Of a stretch of 64,000 nucleotides of DNA, positions 45,782 through 56,164 are shown in pieces. The translations under genes were made by a program, and so were the position numbers. This stretch comes from a virus. Lineage: Duplodnaviria; Caudoviricetes. How positions within the stretch are numbered: the stretch's first letter is position 1; every line of letters starts with the position of its first letter. The stretch is taken from positions 1 to 64,000 of the IMG/VR virus record IMGVR_UViG_3300035696_003004; one strand, given 5' to 3'. The notes beneath the pieces are model-generated. The model had not been told where the DNA came from, searched no databases, and worked only from the letters and a program-made list of their open reading frames with translations.

Positions 45782-48307
45782 ATGAAGCATCTATATGCTT
45801 TATGCGTGTTTATTTTTACTGCTAGCGCATCTGCTCAAGTTGCCGCAGCCAACGGATATTGCAACCTTGGTGGCGCGCAGTCTGTTACGTCTGGATTGTC
45901 GTCGTCAAATTATTTGCAAGGAATAATTCCTAGTTGCTCAGTAACGGTATATTTGACGGGTACGACTACATTAGCGACGATCTATGCTGATTCAAATCTA
46001 ACCATATTAAACAATCCCTTTACTGCGAATGCGGCGTCGTCAACCAATCCTGGATATTGGCTATTTTTCGCGGCAATTAATCAAGGATACGATGTTGTGC
46101 TGAGTGGCGGCGTAAGCCCAAATATTTACCCATCGGCGGTTACGCTTACAGCTTTATATCCAGGAACGGATATTATTGCCGGCATCACTCAATTGACAGG
46201 CGATGTGACAGCAGGGCCTGGAAATGGGGCCCAGGTGGCTACTGTAGTACGAGTAAATGGCGCTGCAATACCGACTTTAGCAACTGTGCTTGGCAGTAAT
46301 AGCTCATCGCAATTAATTGCGGCAAGCACAACTGGTAGTGGCAACGTGGTTCTTTCCGCTAGTCCGACGCTTACTGGCACATTAACGGCGGCGGCAGCAA
46401 ATTTATCGGGAGCGATCACTTTACAAAACTACACTGGTTATCTTTACTGTAACGGATCATCTTCCATTTGCAACGCATCGACTACAGTTCCATATTCTTC
46501 ATTAAGCGGTACTGTTCCAACTTGGAATCAAAATACGACCGGAACAGCGGCAAACATTACTGCAACTTCAAACACAACACTTACTTCTCTTGTAAATCTT
46601 GCAACGGTAGGAACTATTACTACGGGAACATGGAATGGCACAGTTGTTAGTACTACTTTTGGCGGTACAGGTCAAAACTGGTCATCTTCTACAGGCATTC
46701 CTTCGTTGTCAAGTGGAACATTCTCATTATTAAGCACGACAGGCAGTGGCAGTGTAGTGTTAGCAAATGGCCCTACAATTGGATCAATCTACATTACAGG
46801 TGTTGTAACTGTAGGTACTTTATCAGTTCAACCAGTCAGTTATTTCTACGGGCCTATTGATGCAACGGCTACTGGTGGAGCAACGTCCAGCTTAAATGCT
46901 AGTAGTCCAGTTTTAAGTTTTATTGGTTCTTACTACAATTCTTTATCAACAGATTCTGACGATACTTGGACCGTTAAAAACGTTGTTGGAACTGGAACTA
47001 CTCCAACTTCTACATTTACTTTTGCTCATTTGGGATCTACCGGCACAGCAAGTATTTCCATGCATTATTCAATTAGCACGGGAGTAATTACGGAAAGCGG
47101 ATCAACAACCAATACGTTTAGTGGATCAGTAGCAGGAGTAGCTCTACTTTCCGCTATCAATAGTGGTAGTGCCGGAGTTGGCATAGTTGGATCAATAACG
47201 GGAGCAGGGGGAGTAGGTATACAAGGAAGCGCTACTAGTGGAACAGCAATATGGGGGAACGCCACTAGCGGTGAAGGAGTATATGGATCAAGCACAACCA
47301 ATTTAGGTGTACATGGTGGAAGTTTAAGTGGATCAGCAGGATATTTTGTTCAGGAAGGAACACTTACATCTTCTACTACAAATTCGACTTTATATGTTTA
47401 CAGAAATCAAACGTTAGGATCTTATACATCAACTGGAGCAATAATTAGCGCTAATGACGCTAGTGGTAGTGGCACTGATTTAATGGATTTAGCGGTGTCG
47501 AGCAGTAATAAATTTAGCGTAAGTGCTTTAGGAGCAATTAGCACGGGAGTAATTACAGAAAGTGGAAGTGGCACAAACTTGTTTACAAATACTACAAGCA
47601 CTGGCTATTCATTTGTTGCTAGTTTTTATCAACCAAATTTACCAACTTCATTACCAACATATATAAGCATCGGAGTAAATAGTGGAACATATAATCAGTC
47701 AAATTTAGGATTTACTTATATAAATAATAATAGCACTGCTAATAATGGATGGGCTGGAGTGTCTAACGTCGATCATATAATTAATTGGTTTGGTACCGGC
47801 GATGTAACCATTGGCACCACTACAGATTCCGGCTATAAGTTGGAAGTAAACGGTAGCTTAGCATCTGGAGCAATTACAGAAAGCAGTACATCAAGCAATA
47901 CATTTATAAACACTTTATCTGCAAGTACCATCAATTCGGTTTTTAGTTGTCCCAACATTCCAACATCTAACGGAATTTGTTCATTAGCGCTTGGGCAAGC
48001 ACATTCAAACTGGAATGAAATACTTATGTATTTTAATTTTAACGGAAGTGGAAGTACAACAAATTCCGGATCGTTGGGGCTTTATGGAAATAACAATATG
48101 ATTAACTGGTTTGGTACTGGAGATGTAACGGTTGCTACATTTACGGATTCTGGATATAAGTTTCAAGTTGCTGGCACTACATCAGTAAATAGCGGCACAA
48201 ATCAAGTTTATCGTTGTACAACAGCAAGCACGCTTCCCGTAGGCGCGCTTACGATAAATACTGCGAATTGCTCTGCGTCTACCGCGACTGGCTTGTATGT
48301 ACCTTAA
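45782..48307 (+). CDS. tail fibre / receptor-binding protein
   Basis: 841 aa, S/T/G-rich, internal repeated modules. Confidence 0.7.
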   Translation: MKHLYALCVFIFTASASAQVAAANGYCNLGGAQSVTSGLSSSNYLQGIIPSCSVTVYLTGTTTLATIYADSNLTILNNPFTANAASSTNPGYWLFFAAINQGYDVVLSGGVSPNIYPSAVTLTALYPGTDIIAGITQLTGDVTAGPGNGAQVATVVRVNGAAIPTLATVLGSNSSSQLIAASTTGSGNVVLSASPTLTGTLTAAAANLSGAITLQNYTGYLYCNGSSSICNASTTVPYSSLSGTVPTWNQNTTGTAANITATSNTTLTSLVNLATVGTITTGTWNGTVVSTTFGGTGQNWSSSTGIPSLSSGTFSLLSTTGSGSVVLANGPTIGSIYITGVVTVGTLSVQPVSYFYGPIDATATGGATSSLNASSPVLSFIGSYYNSLSTDSDDTWTVKNVVGTGTTPTSTFTFAHLGSTGTASISMHYSISTGVITESGSTTNTFSGSVAGVALLSAINSGSAGVGIVGSITGAGGVGIQGSATSGTAIWGNATSGEGVYGSSTTNLGVHGGSLSGSAGYFVQEGTLTSSTTNSTLYVYRNQTLGSYTSTGAIISANDASGSGTDLMDLAVSSSNKFSVSALGAISTGVITESGSGTNLFTNTTSTGYSFVASFYQPNLPTSLPTYISIGVNSGTYNQSNLGFTYINNNSTANNGWAGVSNVDHIINWFGTGDVTIGTTTDSGYKLEVNGSLASGAITESSTSSNTFINTLSASTINSVFSCPNIPTSNGICSLALGQAHSNWNEILMYFNFNGSGSTTNSGSLGLYGNNNMINWFGTGDVTVATFTDSGYKFQVAGTTSVNSGTNQVYRCTTASTLPVGALTINTANCSASTATGLYVP

Positions 48308-48341
48308 TCAACAAAACTACTAAAGCATTAAAAGGAGAAAA

Positions 48342-48710
48342 ATGGCATACCAATTGAGTAATTACAAAGATGAATTTGGTACAACACATTCTGCCGCATA
48401 TTTGCGTATAACGGATGTGCAAATATTACATAGAAAACAGCAAGCAATTGTCTCTTTTGAAATATATGCCGATGCAGCCTCGGCAGATGATGGATCGAGT
48501 TTGCCACTAAAAAGCGATGGTTATGTGTTCGCCGATAATAGTACAAGTGGCACCACGCTTTATACAAGTAGTTTTGTAACAACATTAGGAACTGATCCGC
48601 TAGGTACTCAACCGACGATTGTAAATAACATTATTCAGTGCCAATCATATTTAGCAATGAAAAACCATCCAAGCTTAACTAGTTTGCTAGCTGGAGCGAC
48701 CGCCGTTTAA
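48342..48710 (+). CDS. tail fibre assembly chaperone (putative)
   Basis: directly follows the fibre gene; QSYLAMK-type C-terminus. Confidence 0.5.
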   Translation: MAYQLSNYKDEFGTTHSAAYLRITDVQILHRKQQAIVSFEIYADAASADDGSSLPLKSDGYVFADNSTSGTTLYTSSFVTTLGTDPLGTQPTIVNNIIQCQSYLAMKNHPSLTSLLAGATAV

Positions 48711-48762
48711 CAATATAAACATTAATTGTTAGCGTAAAAATTTAGTAATTTGGTAGCAAAAA

Positions 48763-49020
48763 ATGGATTGCAAAATGAGCCAATTCGAGCAGGAAATGCT
48801 AGATGGAATTACTGAAGTTAAAGTAGGAATGGCGGATCTTCGCGCCAAAATGAACATGTTAGTTGGAGTTGAAGGTACTAACGGAAGACTAAGTGAAATT
48901 ATTACTGACGTAAATTCGTTAAAAAAATCGCGGGATCAACAACGTGGTTTCATGGCTGCACTTAGTTTGATCGGGACTTGTATTGGTGGTGTATTGGAAT
49001 GGTTTTTCAGTAGACGTTAA
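48763..49020 (+). CDS. holin/anti-holin-like membrane protein
   Basis: coiled coil plus C-terminal TM; upstream of the endolysin. Confidence 0.5.
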   Translation: MDCKMSQFEQEMLDGITEVKVGMADLRAKMNMLVGVEGTNGRLSEIITDVNSLKKSRDQQRGFMAALSLIGTCIGGVLEWFFSRR

Positions 49021-49024
49021 AACT

Positions 49025-49540
49025 ATGCATATTGATGTTAAAATCCGCGCTTTTCTCGATACCATTGCTTGGTCCGAAGGAACTAGCACGCATTTACTAA
49101 CCAAAAATAATGGTTACGACGTAATTGTATCTGGTGATGAAGCAGCCGGAGAAATTGGACTAGAAATCTTTACCACCTATGTAGACCATCCATTTGCATT
49201 TGGTCGTCCTGCAAAAGTTATACGTTTAACGCCAACGAGGCTTACATCGACGGCAAGCGGTCGCTATCAGTTAGAACTTAAATGGTGGGAAGCTTATAAG
49301 TTGATGCTGCATTTAAGCGATTTTAGCACAGCTAGTCAAGATGCTGTAGCTGTTCGGCAAATACAAGAACGCAGCGCTTTAGCAAGCATTGAGGACGGAC
49401 AAATTGCTGAGGCAATCAATAATTGTTCGAACATTTGGGCAAGTTTTCCTGGCAATGATTATGTACAGCCGGGCGGTAAAAACTTAACTGAATTGGTTGA
49501 TCGTTACCAGCAATTTTTAAATACTACAACAACTACATAG
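49025..49540 (+). CDS. lambda R-type endolysin (lytic transglycosylase)
   Basis: AFLDTIAWSEGT, GYDVIV, STASGRYQ, DFS..SQD, WASFPG. Confidence 0.9.
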   Translation: MHIDVKIRAFLDTIAWSEGTSTHLLTKNNGYDVIVSGDEAAGEIGLEIFTTYVDHPFAFGRPAKVIRLTPTRLTSTASGRYQLELKWWEAYKLMLHLSDFSTASQDAVAVRQIQERSALASIEDGQIAEAINNCSNIWASFPGNDYVQPGGKNLTELVDRYQQFLNTTTTT

Positions 49541-49558
49541 GAGTTCAAAGGAGAATGT

Positions 49559-49891
49559 ATGGCAACAATATTGTTTTGGATAACACTTACAGTTCCACCT
49601 GCGGCAAAGATTCTTACAATTGCTGTAATTGTGTATGGCGTGTTGCAGACATTAAAGCAATCACCGTTGATTGGACCGTATATTTCGGGTTGGGTCGCAA
49701 TCGCTCTAAATGTGATTTTGAATGCGTTAGGTGCAATGGTGGCTATCCCTTCCGATCAACTTTACACGACCAATTCACTGCTTACGATTCTGACAGCGGC
49801 ACTTGGTTCTGCTGGTATCCATGGAACAGTGTCAACGTTGGCAAATTCATCTAAACCTGCTGCTGTGTCAGGAGTCAACGCAGCAAAGTGA
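49559..49891 (+). CDS. holin (putative)
   Basis: three hydrophobic segments next to the endolysin. Confidence 0.6.
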   Translation: MATILFWITLTVPPAAKILTIAVIVYGVLQTLKQSPLIGPYISGWVAIALNVILNALGAMVAIPSDQLYTTNSLLTILTAALGSAGIHGTVSTLANSSKPAAVSGVNAAK

Positions 49892-49897
49892 GGGCTT

Positions 49898-50092
49898 ATG
49901 CCCGCTCGCGAAATTATGAAAAAGTTCCGCAAAGGTCAGTTGCATTCAGGAAAGGGCGGAAAGATCGTACGAAATAAAAAACAAGCTAAAGCGATTCTTT
50001 TGTCGTATCTGCGTAAGGAAGGTCGAATTGGGCCTCGTAAACCGCTAGCAAAAAAGAGTCGGCATAGAAAAAGGATTGCCACCAAGAAATAA
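49898..50092 (+). CDS. small basic protein
   Basis: K/R-rich; MKKFRKGQLHSGKGG...QAKAI. Confidence 0.65.
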   Translation: MPAREIMKKFRKGQLHSGKGGKIVRNKKQAKAILLSYLRKEGRIGPRKPLAKKSRHRKRIATKK

Positions 50093-50118
50093 GTGGTGGA
50101 TGATTGTATAGATATCGC

Positions 50119-50184
50119 GAGCGGCATGCCCCCCCTCCTTGGGGAAGAAGCAATGGCTCAAGACCGAAATGGCCTTGGGCCATT
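50119..50184 (+). ncRNA. repeated two-hairpin leader RNA, copy D
   Basis: near-identical to copy B; follows TTGCCA(50076)-17-GATGAT. Confidence 0.75.
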
Positions 50185-50212
50185 TTCATTTTGGCCGAAA
50201 GGAGGAAAATTG

Positions 50213-50473
50213 GTGGCAAAACTAAGTTACAAAAAACGGCAAAAACTGCCGAGCAAAGCGTTTGCTATTAAAGGGCGGCGCTACCCGATTAATGATCCTG
50301 CGCATGCAAAAAACGCGTTAGCACGAGTGTCACAACACGGATCTCCGCAAGAAAAAGCTGAAGTACGACGTAAGGTGCATGCCAAGTTTCCTGGAATTGC
50401 CGTTAGCGGCTTGAAAAAGGGAAAGACCAAAGCTAAAAAGAAAGGCCGCAAGCGCGTGGCTGGAAAGGGATGA
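50213..50473 (+). CDS. small basic protein
   Basis: RBS GGAGG; LSYKKRQKLPSKAFA..RRYPI.D..HA.NALAR. Confidence 0.65.
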   Translation: MAKLSYKKRQKLPSKAFAIKGRRYPINDPAHAKNALARVSQHGSPQEKAEVRRKVHAKFPGIAVSGLKKGKTKAKKKGRKRVAGKG

Positions 50474-50476
50474 GCG

Positions 50477-50731
50477 ATGGCAAAGCGTACAAGGGCTGCT
50501 GCATCTGGATTGGAACGGTTAAACATAGGCGTGGAGCGCGCTGAGAATGGCGCAATAGTGCGTGTGAGCGGTGAGGGCAAAGGAAAAAACGCTTCCTATA
50601 CCAGCCGCACTTTTATTGCTCCAAACGGCCGTGCCGCGATGAGAATTGCCACTACGCATATTCAAGGCATTGGCAAAAAGATAAAGTCCGGTAAAGCAAA
50701 AGCGACAAAAGGCCGCGCGCGCAAAAGCTGA
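50477..50731 (+). CDS. small basic protein
   Basis: K/R-rich; 84 aa. Confidence 0.55.
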   Translation: MAKRTRAAASGLERLNIGVERAENGAIVRVSGEGKGKNASYTSRTFIAPNGRAAMRIATTHIQGIGKKIKSGKAKATKGRARKS

Positions 50732-50740
50732 AGGTTTGTA

Positions 50741-52063
50741 ATGGCTGGATATTCCTGGCTTACGTATTCAACGGCGCGCCAACAGCTTGCAGCTCGTTTG
50801 GCGGACAGTGGAAATGTGTTTTGGACAGATGCAGAATGTGGACTTTACATTATCGACGCTTTGCGAATGTTTAATGTGCTTACGTTTACTTGGAAGCAAG
50901 ATTATGTTTTTTATGCTACAAACCTTTGGAATACGTTGGGAACTTTGACAAATTCGCCGCGGATACGAACAGTTACAGATACCAACTGCTACACCTTGAT
51001 GGAATACATGCTGTTAGAACCGCCGACAGGGGGTACGTGGACTGGAACCTCGCAATTTACAATCAATCAATTTTCGACGGCGTTGCAGCATCGTAGGGAT
51101 GAAATGCTGCAAATTTCCAATTGCAACCAATTGTTGCTGAGTTCGATTGCGCTGACACCAAATACCAGACGTACGTACTTGCCGGACACAATAATCGATG
51201 TTGCGCGCGTTCGGTATTTGCCTGTAACAGGGTCGCCGACGACACTTTATCGCGATGATACAGTTGCGCAAGAATTTTATGAAGCGCCACTTTACGAACT
51301 AGGCTCAGGAACGCCGCAGACCTATATGTTGACTTCAGAGCCGCCGCTTACTTGGGATGTCGATATTACTCCAAATCTGCCGGGCAAATACGAAGCAATT
51401 GTGCTTGAGTCTGGTGCTGCATTTATTCCGCCCACAGCGACGCTTTTAAATATTCCAAACGACTTTTCATGGGTGCTGATTTGGGGTGCAATTGCAGATT
51501 TGTTGGGTATGGAAAGTGAGGCTACTGATCGGCAGCGAGCGTCGTATTGCTTGCGCAGATACCAGGATGGTTTGAATTTGTTGCTGAAAACACCTTGGAT
51601 TATGTTGGCAAAGGTAAATGGAGCAGCAACGGATATACCGTCGATTGCGGCCATGGATCGGTATCAGCCGGAGTGGGATTCAACTCCCGCAACTTTTGGG
51701 CCCTGCGTGGTAGCAGGCGGAATCGATATGATCGCGGCTCCCCAAGGCTCAAGTATCGGAGTGACGGTGCTGGCCAATGCGCCGGTGCCGTCCTCTGATA
51801 CCGATTACGTGCAAGTTTCACGATCAGATTGGGATATTGTTTTGGATTTGGCTCAAGTTTTTGCAGCATTTAAGCAAGGAGGAGCTGAGTTTCAATCGGC
51901 ATTGGAATTGGAATCGAGAGCAATTCAGGCATGCGCTGTTGAAAATACACGTTTAAAAAGTATGGGCAGCTTTAGCGACATTTTGGCACAACGCGGACAA
52001 GCACAGGATCGCAATCAGGAAAGATTTAATAATGCCAACCAAAAAACTAGCGGGACAAAATAG
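50741..52063 (+). CDS. tail adaptor/tubular protein (putative)
   Basis: 440 aa upstream of the large tail protein. Confidence 0.55.
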   Translation: MAGYSWLTYSTARQQLAARLADSGNVFWTDAECGLYIIDALRMFNVLTFTWKQDYVFYATNLWNTLGTLTNSPRIRTVTDTNCYTLMEYMLLEPPTGGTWTGTSQFTINQFSTALQHRRDEMLQISNCNQLLLSSIALTPNTRRTYLPDTIIDVARVRYLPVTGSPTTLYRDDTVAQEFYEAPLYELGSGTPQTYMLTSEPPLTWDVDITPNLPGKYEAIVLESGAAFIPPTATLLNIPNDFSWVLIWGAIADLLGMESEATDRQRASYCLRRYQDGLNLLLKTPWIMLAKVNGAATDIPSIAAMDRYQPEWDSTPATFGPCVVAGGIDMIAAPQGSSIGVTVLANAPVPSSDTDYVQVSRSDWDIVLDLAQVFAAFKQGGAEFQSALELESRAIQACAVENTRLKSMGSFSDILAQRGQAQDRNQERFNNANQKTSGTK

Positions 52064-52065
52064 AT

Positions 52066-55000
52066 ATGGCAAATCCGCAAAATTACGGTCGGGCAAACGA
52101 TGGTATTCGGTTTAAGCCAGGTGGCATAAATACTGTCAAGGCTGTTGACCAAATTACACAGCCAGGGGAATACTCCTATCTCCAAAATGTTCGCGGCTAT
52201 CTACAGAATCGATTGATTGGCCGGACAACGCAATCGAGCGCTCTCGATACGTTGAGTGCCGTACCGCACACAATGCGTCGACTTAACGATTCGACGCCTA
52301 GTGGCCCAACATCAGGTTATGCTCGAATCATTGGCGCGGCTGGATTAATGTATATAAATTCGACGAAAGTAGCGTCTGGATTAAGTGGCAATCCTGTATC
52401 CATGGTACCATTTCGGCCGAATGCATCCGTACAGCCTTGGATGTATATAGGCGATTCATCTACAGACGTTACAATCACAAGTTCGTCATTTGTTTGCGAT
52501 GGAATGCTTAAAATTCGGTCTGATGGCTTGACATATAAAACTGGAATTGCTGAACCACAAGTTGCGCCGGTAGTGAGCACAGGAAGTTATACGACAAATG
52601 GCACCGATGTATTACCGGCGACGGCGATGCCGTGGACCAACCGCGGAGGCACCAACGCCAACTGGAATTTTGGAGGCATTGAAACCGCAGCAAACACAAA
52701 TCCCGTAGTAATCAATACGCCAATTGAAGGGTCAACGGTTACCTTAAGTGTAACGGGGACGGCAACGCTGATTAACGGTGTAAGTAATGCGACACCAAGT
52801 ACCTCCAGCTCAAGTTGGGTTACATCTGTTTATCCCGGGCACTATTTGAAATCGGGAGCTAGCAGTTGTTCAGTAGTTGTAGCTGCATTTACAGACATAA
52901 ATGGAAATGTAATTGCTGAAGCGTCTTCTTCGACAACGGGATACATCTACAACGTGGGTGCAGGGGTCGTTTTAACTGTTCCTGTCAATGCGGTGCAGCT
53001 GCATGTAGGCATTAACTCGCAAGGCGGCACTTTTCATTCCAACAGCGGTAATTTTACTCTTACTTGGACTGTAGTAACACCGGCTACGGCAACGGTTGTT
53101 TCGCTTTACAACACTGTTACTGCGTATTATTGGGGCGACTCTCCACACTCTGGATCGGTATCTTTGTACATTTGGAAAAATCCGGAAGATTCCGGATCGG
53201 GTACTTCGCGTACAAGTAGCACAGCAGCAGGATCATCAACTAATAACTCGCTAATTTTCGATTCAACGCCAAATACGTCATCTAATCCTGTTTTATGGAC
53301 AACGCTCAATACAGATGGAACTGTGGAAGGAACAATAGATTTATTTGCAACCGCATTGGAATCTCAAGGGTTTCAAGACTTTAACGTTTGTATAGTGGGA
53401 AGTTTGTATATTCCAGTAGCTGGAACTTACGCATTCCAAATGGTCAATAAAGATCAAGTCATGTTTGGAATTGGCGGTGGCGCAACGACTTCCTTGGGAA
53501 CGGTTAAAGGACCAAGCGCTCAAACCGAAACGGTGATAAGTGCATTGCCCTTAATGGCAGTTAGCAGTCCAAATGGCGAAGGTGGTGCAGTTACTACATC
53601 ATTTAACGTTACTTTTAGCGAACCCGGTACTTATAGTTGCGAAGCTGATTGGGATTATTGGTATCACAATGGACGAACAATGGTTATCACTTGCGCGCCG
53701 ACGCCAGGAGCAGCTGTTGCAACGATTCCACCGCTCTCTACAAATGTGCGAACCAATGTTTCGTATGAATATGTTTATCGGTCTTCAAAGACAGGCGCAG
53801 TATCGAACCCTTCGCCAGCCTCCACTATTCAAGATACGCCGGTACTGGCAAACACGGTCACATCTTTATATTCGTCTGATCCGCAGGTCGATAAGGTTGA
53901 CTATTACAGAATGGATGCTACTTTAACAAGTTATACGTACATTGCTACCGGGCCAAATGACAATTTGGGCGTGACAAGCGGTTATAACACACCGATTCAA
54001 GATACTGTTACAGATTCAGCGGCGGAAGATAATAGCACGATCAGTACGGATAATTTTGAACCATTTCCATCGATTGATACGCCCAAAAGCGGAGTAATTA
54101 ATATTTCTGGCGGAACAATTACATGGGTAAGTGGTGACACGTTCAACACAAGTTGGTTGCCAGGAACAATTATTTTGATCGGATCTCCTACGCAATTAGG
54201 ATATACATTATATTCGCGCCCGACTTCAACAACAACAATGTATCTGCCTGATGCACCTGACGGAACTAATCTTAATTACAACATTGCCGAACCGATATTG
54301 GCAGCCCGGCCGCTGCCATCGATGTGGGGACCGACCGATAACACTGCTTATATGTTTGCTTGCAATGATCCGTACCGGCCAGGGACGCTTTATTTTACAA
54401 AAGGAAACAATCCGGACTCGGCACCGGATACGAATCAAATCGAAGTCACGTCGCCTTCCGAGCCGTTAATGAACGGATGCATTGTAAACGGCGTAGGAAT
54501 GGTGTTTTCAACGGAACGTGCATGGATTATCGATCCGACCTATACCTCTGCGCTGGCCACAGTTAGCGGAGTGCAGGGAAGCGCTTTTAATTTGATTGAG
54601 TCAATCACCAATCGCGGCCTTTACATACGCAGTTGCCTTTGCACGGAAGCGGGAATGAATGTTTTTTTCCGCGCCAAAGACGGAATTTACGTTTCGCCAA
54701 AGGGTTCGGGGAGCCAATCGATTACCGATTCTCAGCTCTACAATCTTTTTCCTCATGAAGGCTCAACGCCGGCAGCAGTCACGATTGCCAGCTATACAAT
54801 CTATCCGCCCAATGACTTATTACCAAATAAACAAACTTTGTCGTTTGCCAATGGATACTTGTATTACGACTATGAAGACACCAGTGGAAATCCGCGAACG
54901 CTGGTTTATGATGTCGTAGCCAAGGGCTGGATTGTCGATGTTTATGGAACTACGGTTACCTGTCATGCGCTTGAAGAAGGAGTTGAAGTCAACGATACGC

Positions 55001-56028
55001 TGGTAGGATGCACGGACAGTACTGTGCGCGATTTGGAAAGTGGAGGAACAGAGACGGCAACTTCCGTAGTGGCGACTGGCGCGGTAAACACCGGAGATGC
55101 GCGAGCATTTAAAAGACTAGGCGATGTATTTCTGAAAGCGTTTGTGGCAACCAGTAATCCGGTTACGGTCTCGCTATATACAGATCGCTACCAAACAGCA
55201 CTGACCGGCTTTAGCCCGACAAGTTTAACCGGAAACGGAACGATTCAGCCCTACATCATCGATTTTACTTCTGGCTATGCGAAAGACGTGATTGATGTTG
55301 AAGCGGTTTTAAGTTGGCCAACAAACTCTACGACTTATATCGATCTTTGGCAACCGACATTTATTGCTCTACCGGAAGCGACACAAGATAGGCCCACGGA
55401 TTGGGGCGATTTGGGAAGTGTGGGATTGAATTTTGTGCAGGGATTGATTTTGGAGGCCGACACTTTCAATGCCGCAAAAGCAATTTCTGTCGAGGATGAG
55501 CTGGGAAATCTTCATGTTCCCAATGAATCGCCCTTTACTCTAAACGGTCAGCAAAAAATTCCATTGACATTTACGCCGCCATTTACGAGCCATATTGGAA
55601 GAGTGGTGTCTACGGATGGAGTTCGGTGGAAATTGTGGGGCATCAACTGGGTCAGTTTGCCGTATCCAGAATCGACGGTAGAATGGCAAACAGAAATGCT
55701 TTCGCATGGAATGAAGGGTTGGTTTCATGTGCGAATGATGAATCTTCCAATGATTTCAACAACGGCAGTTACACTAACGTTGGTATTTGACGCTTGGCCA
55801 ACAATCACCTTAGCGGTACCAAGTACAAGTGGATCGTTTATAAAGCAAAAAGTTCAAATTCCAGCAAATAAGACCAAGTTGTTGAGCTATCGATTGAGTT
55901 CGACAGCTCCGTTTTATTTGTTTAAAAATGATGTAGAGGTTTGGATTGGGCAGTGGGGCCGAACGGAGGCATATACGGTTTTAAAGCCATTTGGTGGATC
56001 AGCAGGAAACGCAGGAGCGCAAGTCTAA
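52066..56028 (+). CDS. large tail nozzle/hub protein with a PA14-like insertion
   Basis: 1320 aa, beta-rich; no tape-measure or sheath gene in the window, consistent with a podovirus layout. Confidence 0.6.
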   Translation: MANPQNYGRANDGIRFKPGGINTVKAVDQITQPGEYSYLQNVRGYLQNRLIGRTTQSSALDTLSAVPHTMRRLNDSTPSGPTSGYARIIGAAGLMYINSTKVASGLSGNPVSMVPFRPNASVQPWMYIGDSSTDVTITSSSFVCDGMLKIRSDGLTYKTGIAEPQVAPVVSTGSYTTNGTDVLPATAMPWTNRGGTNANWNFGGIETAANTNPVVINTPIEGSTVTLSVTGTATLINGVSNATPSTSSSSWVTSVYPGHYLKSGASSCSVVVAAFTDINGNVIAEASSSTTGYIYNVGAGVVLTVPVNAVQLHVGINSQGGTFHSNSGNFTLTWTVVTPATATVVSLYNTVTAYYWGDSPHSGSVSLYIWKNPEDSGSGTSRTSSTAAGSSTNNSLIFDSTPNTSSNPVLWTTLNTDGTVEGTIDLFATALESQGFQDFNVCIVGSLYIPVAGTYAFQMVNKDQVMFGIGGGATTSLGTVKGPSAQTETVISALPLMAVSSPNGEGGAVTTSFNVTFSEPGTYSCEADWDYWYHNGRTMVITCAPTPGAAVATIPPLSTNVRTNVSYEYVYRSSKTGAVSNPSPASTIQDTPVLANTVTSLYSSDPQVDKVDYYRMDATLTSYTYIATGPNDNLGVTSGYNTPIQDTVTDSAAEDNSTISTDNFEPFPSIDTPKSGVINISGGTITWVSGDTFNTSWLPGTIILIGSPTQLGYTLYSRPTSTTTMYLPDAPDGTNLNYNIAEPILAARPLPSMWGPTDNTAYMFACNDPYRPGTLYFTKGNNPDSAPDTNQIEVTSPSEPLMNGCIVNGVGMVFSTERAWIIDPTYTSALATVSGVQGSAFNLIESITNRGLYIRSCLCTEAGMNVFFRAKDGIYVSPKGSGSQSITDSQLYNLFPHEGSTPAAVTIASYTIYPPNDLLPNKQTLSFANGYLYYDYEDTSGNPRTLVYDVVAKGWIVDVYGTTVTCHALEEGVEVNDTLVGCTDSTVRDLESGGTETATSVVATGAVNTGDARAFKRLGDVFLKAFVATSNPVTVSLYTDRYQTALTGFSPTSLTGNGTIQPYIIDFTSGYAKDVIDVEAVLSWPTNSTTYIDLWQPTFIALPEATQDRPTDWGDLGSVGLNFVQGLILEADTFNAAKAISVEDELGNLHVPNESPFTLNGQQKIPLTFTPPFTSHIGRVVSTDGVRWKLWGINWVSLPYPESTVEWQTEMLSHGMKGWFHVRMMNLPMISTTAVTLTLVFDAWPTITLAVPSTSGSFIKQKVQIPANKTKLLSYRLSSTAPFYLFKNDVEVWIGQWGRTEAYTVLKPFGGSAGNAGAQV

Positions 56029-56164
56029 TGCCAAAAATTACGATTACTGAACGTCGCTGCGATCGATGTGGGAAAATCGGCACAGTACCGTGGCCGAACA
56101 AAAAATGTCCTGATTGTACGAAATGGGCCAAGCAAAATCCTACAAAGGCAAAGTAGGCATTTAA

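Noticed and set aside
47060-48180. DGR template/variable repeat pair in the tail fibre
   Set aside because: Differences between the duplicated segments are mostly synonymous and not adenine-specific; no reverse transcriptase in the window
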